A stretch of 64,000 nucleotides of DNA from Nitrospirales bacterium (GCA_965203295.1 CBDBCZ010000017.1:544001-608000), one strand, 5' to 3'. Counted from the stretch's first letter, positions 11,738-38,594 are shown. Made by a program: numbers and translations. The notes: generated by a model not told the origin, from the letters alone.

Positions 11738-14405
11738 ATGAAACTAGTGGTCATCATATCAGCTGTGCTAATGCTCACTCTACTGGGCTCCGCATGGTTA
11801 CCATCAAGTGTACGACCAAATCCAAGCATAGCTCAACCAGCATCACATTCTAATGTAGCAGGTATGCTATGATGGGGATTTTCCAAATCATGCTCTTGCT
11901 TTTGAGCATCGTGTGTGTATATATAAACGTTTATTGTCCACCATAATTACACTACATATGCATGCATATCACAGGATATCCCAATTTAGGAACTCCTCTG
12001 TCCTTACCTCAAACATCCCTTCATTCACAAGTAACTAACACACAAATAAATGGAAGCACGCTGAGTCAGACACTAACCAACAACTCTACCACTGCTCACA
12101 TTCCTTTCATGGGGAACTACAACTGTAGTGATGACATTTGTTCTCAGTTTCTTTTTGAGTCGAATGTGAATTGGTATTGTAGACGACAACATAATATCAA
12201 CATTAAGGATATTGAAATGCTTGAAAGGATCAATGGAAGCTGCCATTTCATGAATGGGTCTCATCGAGCGCCAGTTGGATTGATCAGCTTACCTGGCAGT
12301 GGCAACACATGGGTGAGAGGCCTACTGGAGCAAGCAACTGGCATATGTACAGGTGAGGTAGGGAACGGTAGCACTACAGTGTCATGTACAGTAAGATACT
12401 GGGGAGGGGAGTGGGGGGATGAGACATATAAGCTACTGGTACATTGAATAGCAGTTAGGCTTTGACACTAATCATGAGGAAGTCATATACATGAATGATC
12501 AAGGTCAACTGTATAGTTGAACTATTTGTACTGCTTACTGCACAGGCATTCAGCTGTGCTATAACTCAGGCGAGGTAAAAAACACGGCAGAGCATTACAG
12601 CAGCCTGTTAATGATTTACTGTTTCCACAAGCTGCTACTACATCATCAGTTGGCAGTATATACATTAAACACTACTTAGGTTCTGTCTATTGTGAAAGTT
12701 CACTGAGGGAGGGTGGTTTTATTGGAGAGGGATTTCAGAGTGGAGTGGTGCTCGCTGTTAAGGATCACAATACGCCGATTGTGTGGAATACAAACTCACA
12801 GTACCAAGAGGGGGTGAGTATAATACATGTGATTAGTGCATGTTGCATGTAATAATACCAATGAGAACATTATCATGCACTTCAAAGGAAATGTTTGGGC
12901 ACCAGACTGACTATAAGTGTTCTCTTACTAGCTCACTATATATATTAACTGCCTCAATGTTTAGCCCTATAGTACGGTGTTGTGATGTGCATGGTGGGGG
13001 CACAATGAAGCTACAAATCTTTTGGAGTGAACTTGCTCTCTGCCCTCTGACAGACTGGCCCTCCATGGGGTAGTGTCATTCTCTTAATCAGGAACCCCCT
13101 GGATGCACTAGTAGCAGACTTTAACAGAGTAATGGCAAAAGGAAACAAACAGATTAAGGGATCCAGACATACTGCTTCTGTTAGCAGTGAGTATTTTGGT
13201 AAGCCGTACCTTGTACACTGTGAAATTACATGCAGAAGGCATTAATTAGTTTGGCGTGTAGCTGTATAATAATAAGTAATAAGTCCAGTTGGCAGCGCAT
13301 TGTGGGATTTAATTAGTGCGTGGGGACAATTAAGTAACGGTCTTCAGCGAGTACATTATCTGCCCGAGACTGTTACTTAATTGTCCGAGTGCACTAATCA
13401 GTCCTGTAATGCACTGCCAACTGGTAAATAAAGTATTTAGTGCTCTTACTGACCTGAGACAGCCACAGTTCTGCTGGGTGTTATTTAGAAGTGTCCATTA
13501 TCCAGATAATGCACACTTAATTGTGCATTAAGTGATTTAATGCACGGTCATGTGATTGATTTTGAGACTTCTGATTCGTCAGAGATCACTAGAATAGCAT
13601 TAATTAATAATTAAATTTTTTTGGCTAAATTATTAGGATATACATATATACAAGCTATGAGTGTATGATATACCTGCTGCACTCTGTACTGACAGCAGCT
13701 GGTATGCTGTAAAAATGCAAGGATTACTTCAACCCACCTCAACTGCAGCTTTTGCGTGTGCACATAGCTTATAAGTGTCATCCCTTGTGTGCATTAAATG
13801 ACATAATGCATATGAACCTCAACCAGATATAGTGATGAATGTGTGTCTGTATAAAGCTTGTAGCAGTACATAATATTATACGGGGTAACTACCCACTGAG
13901 CTTGCATATGGCTGAGTATGGTTTCCTACATAAGAAAGAACTCTGATTTTTTGTTCTTGCTATCTTTCACCTTTTTGAGGTCATGTTTAGTTAAGTAAGT
14001 TGTCCACTGCATGCAGGAACTAACGAGACATGGGGAAGTTTTATAAACAGCTCTCTTGATGTGTGGACGACATATTTTGTATCTCTGATACAAAATGGGA
14101 CTCGAATGAACCGACCCTTTCTAGTCATAAGGTACGAAGACATCAAATCCGACAAACTTTCCGAAGTAAAGAAGATGCTGAACTTTCTAAAGGTTCCTGT
14201 TTCCGATCAGCTTCTGGAAGCTAGAATGTCGATGGATTATGAAAAGTTTCACCGGACACGCACTAAAGAATTTGAGCATTATACGCCTGAGCAAAAACAG
14301 CAGGTGTTAGCAGTTGTGAAAGAGGTCATAAACATGCTTCAGGAAGAAAACAATGGTACTGGAAATACTTTCGGAATAATGGATTATATGAATGAAAATG
14401 CATAG
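11738..14405 (+). CDS. WSCD-family sulfotransferase, copy B (tandem paralog), no WSC domain
   Basis: Exons 11738-11861, 11975-12352, 12680-12813, 13054-13198, 14017-14405. Same intron positions and phases as copy A. Motifs SLPGSGNTW, VKDH, LIRNPLDA, RYED. Confidence 0.85.
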
Positions 14406-14456
14406 TATTCCACCGTATAAATTTTATGCAATCAGCATGATTATGTATGTTCAGAA

Positions 14457-14702
<246 letters not shown>

Positions 14703-15083
14703 GTATTTAACCTTTTTGATGGTCTATAACAATGGGGCTCAGCAATGTACACGTTGTGGTTGTGTAGTTGAGGAAGAGTCCTTTTCATTTAATGCACGGA
14801 GTTATGCAATTAATGGATAATGAACGTGACATCACATCTGGGGTACATTCCTGCGCCATGTTGGGGTACTTAGCTACTACATGTACAGTCAATGGGAAAT
14901 GAGGTCAAATTCGCCATGTTGTAACTGTGAGAAAACCTTGATGTAAAAACAAGTAAGTTTTAACCCAGTTGCAAAAGTTCTGGGATGCCACTCTTAGTCA
15001 ACAGATTGATGCATACGATAGAGTGTTGTTTGAAAGAACAAGTCGTCGAATAAACATGCAACTGACAGTTGAAAATACACTAG

Positions 15084-15403
15084 TACTGCAAAAATCAGTG
15101 GGTGTTTTAAAAACCTGTAGTTGCAGTCTAAAAACTGTACTAGTGGTTCACTTTACCACCCTATTTTTCCGATTTCAAAAGCCCATTAGGACAATAATTA
15201 TTTGTTATGAAAGCAATAGGTTAAAACATTATAGTACACATATACTATATTATCCATGGTAAAAGATACATCTTTTACCTATCTCTTTCTCCAGAAAAAG
15301 GAGTGTATTTTTAACCTATAGCTTACAAGCTAGGGAGGATATATCTTCATCTGTCAGTGGTATTCATGTCCGGTACTTTTGCTGGCTTAGATTTTTTTAC
15401 AGT
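15084..15403. mobile_element. Degenerate CACTA/EnSpm-like MITE related to 46664-46975
   Basis: tactgcaaaaatc...tttttttacagta, sharing internal cactttaccaccctattt with the 46.7-kb copy. Confidence 0.55.
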
Positions 15404-15680
15404 ATAATTATAATAGCTAATAGATTGTAGGGGCTACCGGTTGGATGAAGTGATGGGGAGAGATGGCATCCCACAACAGTCTACGTATATAAAAGAGACA
15501 TCACATTAATCACAGCAAAGAGAGGAAATGCGTTACACGAAAATTAGAAAATTATTTCATGCAGGTACTGGGCAGTATGAAAGTGTAGTTTTAGTTAATT
15601 GAAACTAAACACAAAAATGGCTTTAGTACGCGTGTTTTGGAAGCATTAATTACCATTAAAAATGACGCGATATGTTACAA

Positions 15681-15763
15681 ACACAGAGCTGATGCAGCTA
15701 ACACAGAGCTGATGCAGCTAACACAGAGCTGATGCAGCTAACACAGAGCTGATGCAGCTAACA
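15681..15763. repeat. 20-bp tandem repeat x4 (acacagagctgatgcagcta)
   Basis: Four perfect copies just 3' of the minus-strand RTK stop codon. Confidence 0.95.
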
Positions 15764-15875
15764 GTAAAAGTCTAGAGCTTAATATACTATTACAGACTGC
15801 TGTATGGTGATCTAGTAACTAATAAGCTGATAATTATAGGGGACAAAGTTGAATACAAAAAGGAGACTACACGAG

Positions 15876-18800
15876 CTATTCCATTTTAGCTGCAGTTGTG
15901 GTATGCCTACTTGCAGCACTGGTAGTCCTACTTCTACTAAACGAGGGACAGGAATTTTGCTCTAAAGACATGCAACTGTGATCTGTCAGAGAGCTGGCCG
16001 TCTGATCTGTCGTGGTATCATATTGATGACTGTTTTTCCTACTGACATCAACGTATTGATTGCTGTACTCACTGAGAACGTTAACGTACAAGTGCTCCCG
16101 ATCTCCTGGTACAGCTTCATGATTTTCTATGACTAAAGGTTCGAGGTTATCTTTCCCAGGATGCTGCATCTCTGTATAGTCATCGGTGGCTTCAGGTATA
16201 GGTGGATCATTACTTTCATTTTCTAACAAACGTACACTAGAACAGTCTTGTAGTTGTGAAATGATGGAATTTAAAAGCGATTCACTTCCAATGTTGTTGG
16301 AATCTGGAGGAAAATCGTACGGAGGACAATCTTCGTCTTGGGAGTAAAAGTCTGGTGGTAGGTCGTAAATGGAAGACCTGAGTCTGAGGCACGGCGGACT
16401 GGCATTAGCAGTCGCATCGGTGGGGAGGAATGCACAAATCGTTCGGACTATTTCAGAGAAATTGGGCCTTTCAGACGAAATATTACTCCAACAGAGGAGC
16501 ATTAAGTCATACCTACAAGGACCAAGAAGATTATACCTTTAATAGGCACAGAGTATAAGGTATATAAAAGCATGTAGAGTTTAACAGGGCCTTTGATTAT
16601 ATATATAATATATTGCCCAAAAACAGTGACTTACAGCATATGTATTGCAGTGCTGTATAGGTACATTCACCATAGAATGTCACATTTTATTGTATTATAG
16701 TTGCTATACTAAATTTTCACAAGTTTCCCTACATGTATAATGCTCCACTATGCAGAGTATAGAATGCCCTGCCATTTATTGTGTCAGAGCACAAGGCTTC
16801 ACGCACAACAAACAGATATGTATGCTGGTGATTCATAAGAACTGCCTGTAGCATGGCGGTATTAACGTTGTCTCACATTTCCTGACTGCAGAGCATAGGC
16901 ATCTTCAGTCTATATCCCTGCTCCAGGTATTCTCCCATCTCGTGGTTGGAAATGGTCGGATAGGGCGCTCTTCCGAGGCTAAAGACTTCCCAGCAAGTGA
17001 TACCAAATGACCACTAAATTCAAAGCAAAATACATGTATTTATATACATAATCCTCAATGCTATCTATAGGTACGTGCAAACTAAATATCCGTGCAGCTA
17101 AATGATATCACTGTACAGTGGGAATCGAAGTGATCTATAGCTAACCCAAAATTAAGTACTGGAAATTGCGAATGTACAAACATGCGTACCCTACGAGTAA
17201 ATGACCTAAAATTTGATTTTGAGCAGCTCCTGAAACGAACTTTAGTAGTATTCTTAAGTTTGGGAGGGGTAAGTTCCAATTTGTGGGTTAGACCACGCTG
17301 ATTCTCAGATATTAAATTATAGTGATATTTTCTTCAGTGTCTATATATATTCAAGATTATAGCCTGGGTGGGGCAGGTGGGAATACGTACCACATCTGTT
17401 TTCTCATTGCTAATCCTGTCGTGAAGGCTCTAGCCTAGGGAGGGGCAGGTGGGAATACGTACCACATCTGTTTTCTCATTGCTAATCCTGTCGTGGAGGC
17501 TCTAGCCTAGGGAGGGGCAAGTGGGAATACGTACCACATCTGTTTTCTCATTGCTAATCCTGTCGTGGAGGCTCTCTGGAGACATCCACTTGATGGGCAT
17601 CTTGCCAGCCTGTCTCATCCGATAGTAGTCTGTCTGGTAGATGTCCCTTGTGAGACCAAAGTCAGCCACCCGAACGCATAAGTCACCATCCACCCTACAC
17701 AAGTACCACATAAAAGTCAGCCCGGCCCACTATCATATGAAAATTTTATTGTGTATTGTTCTCATTACTGTACTACTACTGTTGTTTAGCAATAGCTACT
17801 ATCCAGCATGTTTGCCCTAAAAAGCCACTGGAAGCAACCTTTGAATGCTGGAATTTTTTTGTGGGAGTATAATCACAGACCCCCTCCCTCCAGGGTGACC
17901 AAAACATTTACGCACATGTCTGCCACTTCCACTGTGTGAAAGTCTGGATTGTATCACTTCACAAATAATTTGGCTTTTAGCTAGTTGTACTTGTATACGG
18001 AGGAATCTTCGAGAGACATTAGTTTATTACTGTGTCGGGGGATAGACCAATTGTGCTAGCCCCTCACTGCAGGAAGGCTCTACAATTAATCTCCGTGGCT
18101 CAATCACAATGCTCTACACACCCCTGGACCTCATATATAGCACCCTGCCATGCGAGAACATACTAAAGTTAATACTGACAACTCACATGCAGTTCCTAGC
18201 CGCTAAGTCTCGGTGAACAAACTTTCTAGATGCAAGGTATTCCATCCCACTAGCAATGTGATGGCAAATTTTCGTGAGCATTTCAGAGTCCAGTCCCTGT
18301 AGTGTGCAATTAAGTATCCACAGAAAGATTCCAATGATAGATCTAACTTGATTATTCCCCTGTAGCTATAATTTTGGCTACGTAATTGCTCAGAGTACAT
18401 GTAGTTAGCTAAGAAAGTAGGCTGCCATGCTAAGTTGATGAGAATACAAAAGGTAGAGCTGACAAGGGATACAAGAATTCGTTTGACTAGCAACTGAACA
18501 TAACATTATGATGATATATGTATTATAGGCTTAATCATGGTTGGCATGCTCTATGAGACGAAGGGCAAATAGAGCATGCCAGCCATGATCAAACCTACTT
18601 GGTACCTGGGTGGGGTAGAGGGTGTGGCCTAATACGATGGCTTGTGTGTCTATGTTCAGCGAGATATAAAGCTCAGAATATCTGTCTCTATGGTAACATG
18701 TACCAAATATATTATATAGCTATACAGGTAGAGCCCCACCCCAAAACAATAAACTTGCTCCTTACATGGACAATAAACCACAAATGTGCCATTAAGTGCA

Positions 18801-21800
18801 GAGGAGTCCATATAATATTACTGCAACAATTTGTAATGAAACTCGAAACCATTTGCTTGAAATATAGTACAGAGATAGGTGAGTGGGTGTGCAGGTTAGC
18901 GGTGTGAACTAAAGACTAGTACAAAGTACTGGAATACTGTATAGCGCCAAATTTTCGAGGCGCACGGTTTTCGCGAATTGGCCTCAGACCGCGAAAATTA
19001 AGCTCGCAAAATGCTTCGTCGTATACCTCGAAAATTTGCCGCCATACGGTACTGAATAGTTCCACAGAAAACATTCTTTAGCCTTACTGCCAAAAAAATG
19101 CTACCATGTATGTTGTGTCTCCTGTTTGGAGAGTTAACTACAATGGGTTTGATAATATTATACATAATACTCTTGGCTTACCTCAGGGAGTGATAATGTG
19201 GTATCATTACCCCTCAAGTCTCTCAGATAGCTTTTTAAATCGCCGTTTTCCATGAATGGAAGTACCAAGTATGGAGACCTTTTCTCGCTGTCCAAGCATA
19301 TTCCAACGAGCCCCAATACGTGTGGATGATCGAAGGTACTCATCAAAGCACTTTCCATTAGGAACCCCTTCATATCAGAATAGGAAGAGTAATCTGTGTG
19401 CGCGTTATGCATGAATTTGGAGGGGAAAAATTCTTTTAGACTGAGTATATATTAAGCATGTGAAATTATGCAAGCTGCTAGCCAGTACAGAGGTTTGCAA
19501 GTTGGTTGTCCACAGAAGAGGGCAAATAGGCAGTGGCTCTCAAGTACTTTGGCTGTCAGAATCAGAGGCTAACAGTTTTCACATTACTACTGTCAACTTT
19601 TATTTTCCTGTATATTCACTGGATAACCAACCTGCAAACCTCTGTGTAATTATACAACTTGCAGAAGTCATTTGATGATGGTTTCCTGCCCATTCAATAT
19701 AGAGCCATGCAGGTAGCTATCAGAGTCTGCTCATACCCAATTTAATTACCTACAGGAAAATATTCTTCCCCCTCAGCAATGTATTTGCAAGATTCCTTGT
19801 TGTTATGTTAGTTTTTTGTTTTAAACTGAGTGAAGGCTTAAGAGCTAGAGCTTATAGCTTAGCGTATCTTATAACCTGGAAATGAGGCTAGTAGACTACT
19901 TCTCTGTAAGGTAAGGGAGCATATCAGATGGGTACCTAATTCTGGACAATTGTACTCTTCTGAACCGCATTTTCAAAACAGTGCTCGTGCACTTATAATA
20001 CTACCATCTGAAATGAAGTGCCCTTACCTTACATTCACACAGTCAACTCACTTTTAATGGTTTTGACTGCAACAGGTAGTATTTCTTCTTTACGATCACA
20101 GTTTGAGATCCTTGTTAGCACTCCTTTGTACACGTGGCCAAAAGCACCTATATATAAAGTTTACAATGGACTGTTAAGCCAATTTGGATGTGGACATGCA
20201 AAGTTTAATTTGTGTTCAAATAATATTGTGGATAGTCGCATGGGTTCAAGTGTGGGTTAAAATCCTCGGCTTCGCCTCGGACTTTAAATTCCCCTCACCC
20301 AAGCCGACCTTTAACTATTACATATAACTTTATTACTACTAAAAGAGTATGATGTTGTGGCTAAGGCTATTATCTTTATCTATATCTATTGTTAGTAAGC
20401 TTATAAATCATACCTTCTCCAAGATCACCAGTTATTTCCAACTGTTCGAATGGCAACAAGACACTTTTTAGATGTACCCCTATGGTCTTCATGTCTTCAG
20501 CATTCAATGTAAAGGTTGTAATACCCTCGTAGTCATGGTCATCTGCCATCTGGGAAAGGTCTGTACAGAAAAGCGAGTACTCTAATTTTTTGAGTGAAGA
20601 GTGGATGAGAACCTGACACAATTTTATGTGCGCATTTCATACCTTGCTTGTGTATGCTTTGTACTTTTTCAAAAACTTACTCTACATGCTATTATTTACC
20701 TTCAAGATGAAAGTCTATCAGATAGTCATTTGATAGATGTAGTGCTGGTGTCCTGTAAATAAGCAATAGTATTAAACATTAAACATAAGGTAAACCTATA
20801 AGTTAGCCTATAATTATATATGTTATAGTTAAACCACCCCCTAGACACGCATTTACCAATCATACATGAGACAGTTCCAGGTAGACCCTGAGGCCAAAGC
20901 CCGAGGGGTTTACCCAGAATTGGCGAATGTATTACTGTTAATGAAATGTATCCAGGGGGTGATTTAGCTGGTTTGTAGCATGACAGCCATACAGGTCATG
21001 GGCCTAGGAATGAGCTAATGGCTAATGAGGGATACCCTTCTTACCCTGAAGCCCTCTGGCGCCAAATTCTCTTTTGTCTTGCTCTTGCCTTTCGTCGTCT
21101 GTACAGGCATACAATCCCAACTACTATTACTACAGTTGATAGCACTGCTACTGCCACCGATATCACTGATGCTCTGAGTGCTGTTGTTGAACTGGTCATA
21201 CTCATTGGTAGTGGAGCTACGATCACACCTGCATGATGAATAGCTCACATTATTGCACACTCATAGTACCACTGTGTAGTATTTTCTATATAGTAAACCG
21301 TCCAATATCCACTGATACTCAACGGCTTGATGAACAGGCCTTTTAGAATTATAGGTGGTGGGTACGATAGACAGTAAATTTCTTAATTGAATGAATAGCC
21401 ATCCAATATCACTGGACATTGAACTTGTCTTGCTTGTATTTGGCTCGTCTTGCGGACTCACTCAAATACAGCACAGACTTGTCCAATATCCAGTGATATT
21501 GGACAGCTTGATAAACAGGCCTTTTAGGAACATAGGTGGTGGGTACGATAATAAATTTCTCATTGAATGGGTAGCCATCCATGTATATATATATCACTCG
21601 ACTTTGGACTCGTCTTGCTTGTATTTGGCTCATCCTACGAACTCACCCAAATACAGCACAGACTCATCCAATCTCCAGTAATATCGGACGACTGCCCATC
21701 CAATAAGATATATATATGCAAATGTGATGTCTGTGTCAGTACTTTAGTGACATATAGTATTTTGACACATAGTGAGCTCCTGTCAGAGACATATCCTCTA

Positions 21801-24443
21801 CCGACGTGCAGGTTATTGCACAATAAGTGATTAAACAATTGTATACAGTATCTGCATGACATTGCATTCATCATAAACAAAATTTAAAATTACTTACTTG
21901 AAATGTTCCAACAATCCGAAGGAGTATACACAAATTCCTCACGAAAACCCTCTATTTCTAGAAATCTTAAGGTGAAGTTGCACGTGATTTCAAAAGTGAA
22001 TATTCCAGTGTTGGCAGAGAGGGAGACCAGTAGATCAAGAAACCTTCTACAGAAGCTGTTTGGGCCTGCAAAGTGGTTGCATTCATCCTGGCAAATACCC
22101 TGAGGCTGCTCAGTCACGGAATTGCATCCCGGATATACATAGTTGCAGACGTAAGCACGAATAGTATCTATGCAATATGCGGACGCATCGGTCTGCAGAC
22201 CTGCAGCATCAAGTAGAGTCAGCCCCTCGGCTATTTCAATGTATTCTGCATCATCTGTGTACCTATACATACTGCATTTCGTGTCTGGTATGTAATCCAA
22301 ACAAGTAGGGAATAAGAGGTTGCGATTGTCTTCTTCATTAAGTGAAATACACCTACAGGATGAAAGGTTTACTTTAGGTTACTTGTTACAATCCCTATAC
22401 TAAGAACTAATGAATTCTATACAAATTTCTCCAATGTTTTCTATAACCACCTGAATTTACCATTGCTTCTAATCTACGCATATAAAAACATCTACTGTGC
22501 TGGCGGTATCATTGTCCTTCAATATACACAGGTTGGAAGTCTATGGGTGGTCTCCAGTAATGGATGGTGTCTTTGAGCTACAAGGTTTCCTTAGTTCTTT
22601 GTACTGTCGTACATGTATGTTGCTGCAATTACGTACATTGGTGTGGAATAATTTGTTATAATATAGTCTAGACTATCGAGCTAGACCGTCCTCCACGCAA
22701 GCTTGAGTCTAGCTCAATAGACTAGCTATAGTCTATCATGAGTCAATGGATGTGCTACACAGGCAAATTACTTTATGTTACTGATGATGCAAGGGAACAA
22801 AAAACTGTTTAATAACTGAGCTGTATACATGATATTCCTATGTCCACCCTTACATATGTTACCACGGTGTCAAGTGTCATCCACACACCACATGCTGGTA
22901 AATTTATAATGCTCAAATTTCTGCTTGAATGGCAGTGGGTATGAGCTATAATCCAGCCTTGGGGTGATATCATTATCCACCACAGTAATGTCATTAGTGG
23001 GAGGATGGAGAAGAGGCAATACAGATGATAATCTTTGTATACCATGTTGCAGTTATTCCATGTATTTTACAGCAAGCTAGCTGCCTCCCCTCCAGATACA
23101 TGGTTGGTTGTTCTGAAAAGAAAGGATTATAGTATAGGTGTGGCAGTAACGATTATGCCTTGTTTTAATCTAACTCACAAAAATACTTGCCCCCCCCCCC
23201 CCCTGCAACCTTGCAAATACTGTGTTTTCATGCAGAAGCTGCGGGAATTTGAAAGACTTGATCCTATTATAATAATTTGTTTGTTTGTCTGTTTGTTTGT
23301 TTTTCACTACTGCACTGTGCATTACTTGAGTGAGTTCTAAGCTTTTCAAGTAATATGGAGTGTTTTGAATATGTATCCAATTTCACACAAACCGTAGTTA
23401 GCTGTGTTGGCCTGCAAGTGTGCCTGACAGAGGTGCATGTCATTCTGGAATGGTGCATGGTTGTCGGAATCAGCTTAGTCTCACACACAAGCTACCAGGC
23501 AAACATTTCTAATGTAAGTAATACAATTCACACCAGAGATATCCAGTGATAACATCATTAAAGAGTGTCGTCTGCCATCTAGAGTTATAGCTATAGGAGC
23601 TAGGACTGCATGACTGTTTTTGAAGATCCAGTTTATTTAATAGCTATACTGTAGGCTGGGGTTCGTGAACAAAATTAATATGAACTGTTGGTTATCAACT
23701 AAAATCAATACGGTAGGGGTGGGGTTGATGTCAGCAGATTCTGTGACCATCGTAGTCATTATTCTATATTAACTTTTCAAGTTTGGAATTTTGGGACAAA
23801 CACTGTTAGTGACTGAATCATATACATGCCCCTGTTCACCCGCTGGTTGTAATAATACATGACACTGTATGTGACCACGACTGTTCCCCATACCTCGAGT
23901 CATTTAGACTGGGGTTCGTGAACAAATATGAACTTTTTGTTAACGACTAAAATCAGTAAGGTAGGGGTGGGGTTGATGTCAGCGGTTAGTCAATATTTAA
24001 TTGACTGAATCATGCCCCTGTTTACCCGCTGGTGTTATAATACATGGCACTGTATACGCCTATATGACTGTTCCCCATACCTTGAGTCATTTAGAGTGAC
24101 TATACCAGGTCCACTGCCAATTTCATCCTCACATGAAGTTAATACTGCTTCAATTTTAACTAAAAAGAAAAAGAGGAAATAAATACACTGGCAGATCTAG
24201 AACAGTAGAGAAAGTATTACATTTTGAATAACTGCACAGCATCACCGAAATAAAATATTTGAGACATTTACTATGCTCAAAGGCTGCCACAACGACCGAC
24301 CATGGTATTACACTTCGGTAGAATAGCGCTACAAGAAACTTAGCAGGAATATTAATAATTAATAATTGATGTGTTTCCTTACCAAGAGTACAGACGAGTT
24401 CGAACAGCAAACACTGCAGAATTCTGCTTCTAAAAACAGCCAT
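15876..24443 (-). CDS. Receptor tyrosine kinase with a Frizzled-type cysteine-rich ectodomain and a MET/TAM/INSR-like kinase
   Basis: Exons (-): putative signal exon 24443-24383 (its phase does not join directly, so an exon is unresolved); 22352-21898 (Fz-like [17 protein letters not shown]...ICQDEC); 21228-21045 (TM + RRRK); 20752-20700; 20560-20414 (LGEG); 20147-20052 (AFG...VAVK); 19393-19182 ([11 protein letters not shown]); 18296-18187 ([10 protein letters not shown]); 17694-17535 ([24 protein letters not shown]); 17013-16877; 16512-15876. Confidence 0.85.
17359..17574. repeat. 72-bp tandem repeat x3 spanning a kinase exon 3' end and splice donor
   Basis: Unit ctagcctagggaggggcaggtgggaatacgtaccacatctgttttctcattgctaatcctgtcgtggaggct. 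Confidence 0.95.
18937..19049. mobile_element. Short TA-flanked MITE (pogo/Tc1-like)
   Basis: TA|ctgtatagcgccaaattttcgagg...cctcgaaaatttgccgccatacgg|TA. Confidence 0.7.
19488..19644. mobile_element. MITE with ~24-bp TIRs
   Basis: cagaggtttgcaagttggttgtcca...tggataaccaacctgcaaacctctg; related to 676-1694. Confidence 0.7.
21255..21705. repeat. Interspersed repeat built of gtccaatatccagtgatattggac palindromic modules, internally duplicated
   Basis: Duplication with a ~180-bp period (21300-21480 vs 21481-21660). The same cactcatagtaccact...gtccaatatccagtgatattggac sequence recurs at 32740-33075. Confidence 0.7.
23657..24095. repeat. Imperfect tandem duplication (~250 bp unit, second copy shorter)
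   Basis: ctggggttcgtgaacaaa...gactgttccccatacc...gagtcatttaga occurs twice. Confidence 0.85.
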
Positions 24444-24797
24444 TTTTTTTACTTACGCAGCTAGAACTAGCGTAGCACTGTACATAATATAGTCTCATTG
24501 AACCTGCAATATGCGTGGTAGTCGCCGCTTAGTATGAGTATTTAATTATTGACGTGGGGTAATAGACATGTACGTATACGAAGTCTTAATTTATTACGTA
24601 ATCACACGTGCGCATACGCAACAACAACAAAAAAAACGAAACAAATAGCAAAGATAAAACAAAAGAAAGAGGACAGAAATTCAAGAGTACATGTTACAAC
24701 AGAGGGTTTCAGGCAGACTCCAAATCGCAGTCTTGTGAGCAGAATGCTACAATAGGACTTGGAGATTCAGGCAAAGCATTACTTCACTGGAAAATAA

Positions 24798-37699
<12,902 letters not shown>

Positions 37700-37936
37700 G
37701 AGACTGAGAGAGGCAGGGTGTGTGTGTGTTGAAACTAAAAACATAAAGTGTTTATTAGGAGCTTACATGTAGATACAGTGGTCAAAAGCCAACGGCCGAA
37801 AATCAGCGTGGTCAATGGTACAACCGCTGAAAAGAGCTGGTCAAAATCTTTGACCTATGGTCACAGTTGTAAGTACAAAGTCTATGGGAGTGCTTCCCCC
37901 CCCCCCCCCCCCACTCCCTTGTCAATGGCCCTATCC

Positions 37937-38044
37937 TAGCCTCGTTCCCAATCCTTCCCACCCCAGCTTTTTCTCCACAGCTCCAGCGTTTTCTCCACGG
38001 CTGCGAGATAAAAGCTGGGGTGGGAAGGACTGGGAACAAGGCTA
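37937..38044. mobile_element. Hairpin MITE, TAG...CTA termini, 9-bp TSD (AcademH-like)
   Basis: tagcctcgttcccaatccttcccaccccagctttt...aaaagctggggtgggaaggactgggaacaaggcta, flanked by gccctatcc / gccctaccc. Confidence 0.85.
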
Positions 38045-38512
38045 GCCCTACCCCAGCCCTAACTCTAAATAAACTCAACTGCATGAACTGTTGGATTACT
38101 CTTTGCTTTATCTACGGCTTCACACTACTTCTGCATCATACTCCACACAATGGCTACTCTGCCACGGTAACTTACACAAGGATCCGTCTACAGGCACGTC
38201 AATGCTGCATTAAAATGTGGCCAGAAAATGAGGCTCCCCTGTAGTTGTGTTTGTTCTATTTAATGCACATTAATGTCAATACCATGATGTCATAGTCCTG
38301 TGCGCACGTGCCCAGGTCTGGGCACGTGCACTTGCGTACCATGCATAACGTTCCTTGTCTCGCGCGCGCCCAGGTCGACCCGAGCTGCACACGCGACAGA
38401 CTGCAGTGTAAACGATGTCACGTCCAAGGTCGTGTACGCAGTTCATGTACTTTATATCATAAGGTACGTAGTCTATAATATCTATAGTTTAATATTGGTA
38501 GGTTCATGCATG

Positions 38513-38520
38513 CCGGAAGT
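38513..38520 (+). promoter_or_regulatory. ETS-type CCGGAAGT motif ~80 bp upstream of the receptor start codon; conserved in the paralog at 42809-42816
   Basis: ggttcatgcatgccggaagta is identical upstream of both duplicated genes. Function is inferred only. Confidence 0.35.
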
Positions 38521-38594
38521 ACATCACTTAAAGGTATTAAAGGTGAGTTGCTGCAGTATTGCTCAATTCGAAGCTAGTGAAATTTAGAGCAGCT

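Noticed and set aside
22809..23115. Possible missing ectodomain exon of the Fz-RTK (ITVVDND resembles a Calx-beta end)
   Set aside because: I could not find splice sites giving an open, phase-compatible exon; left unresolved.
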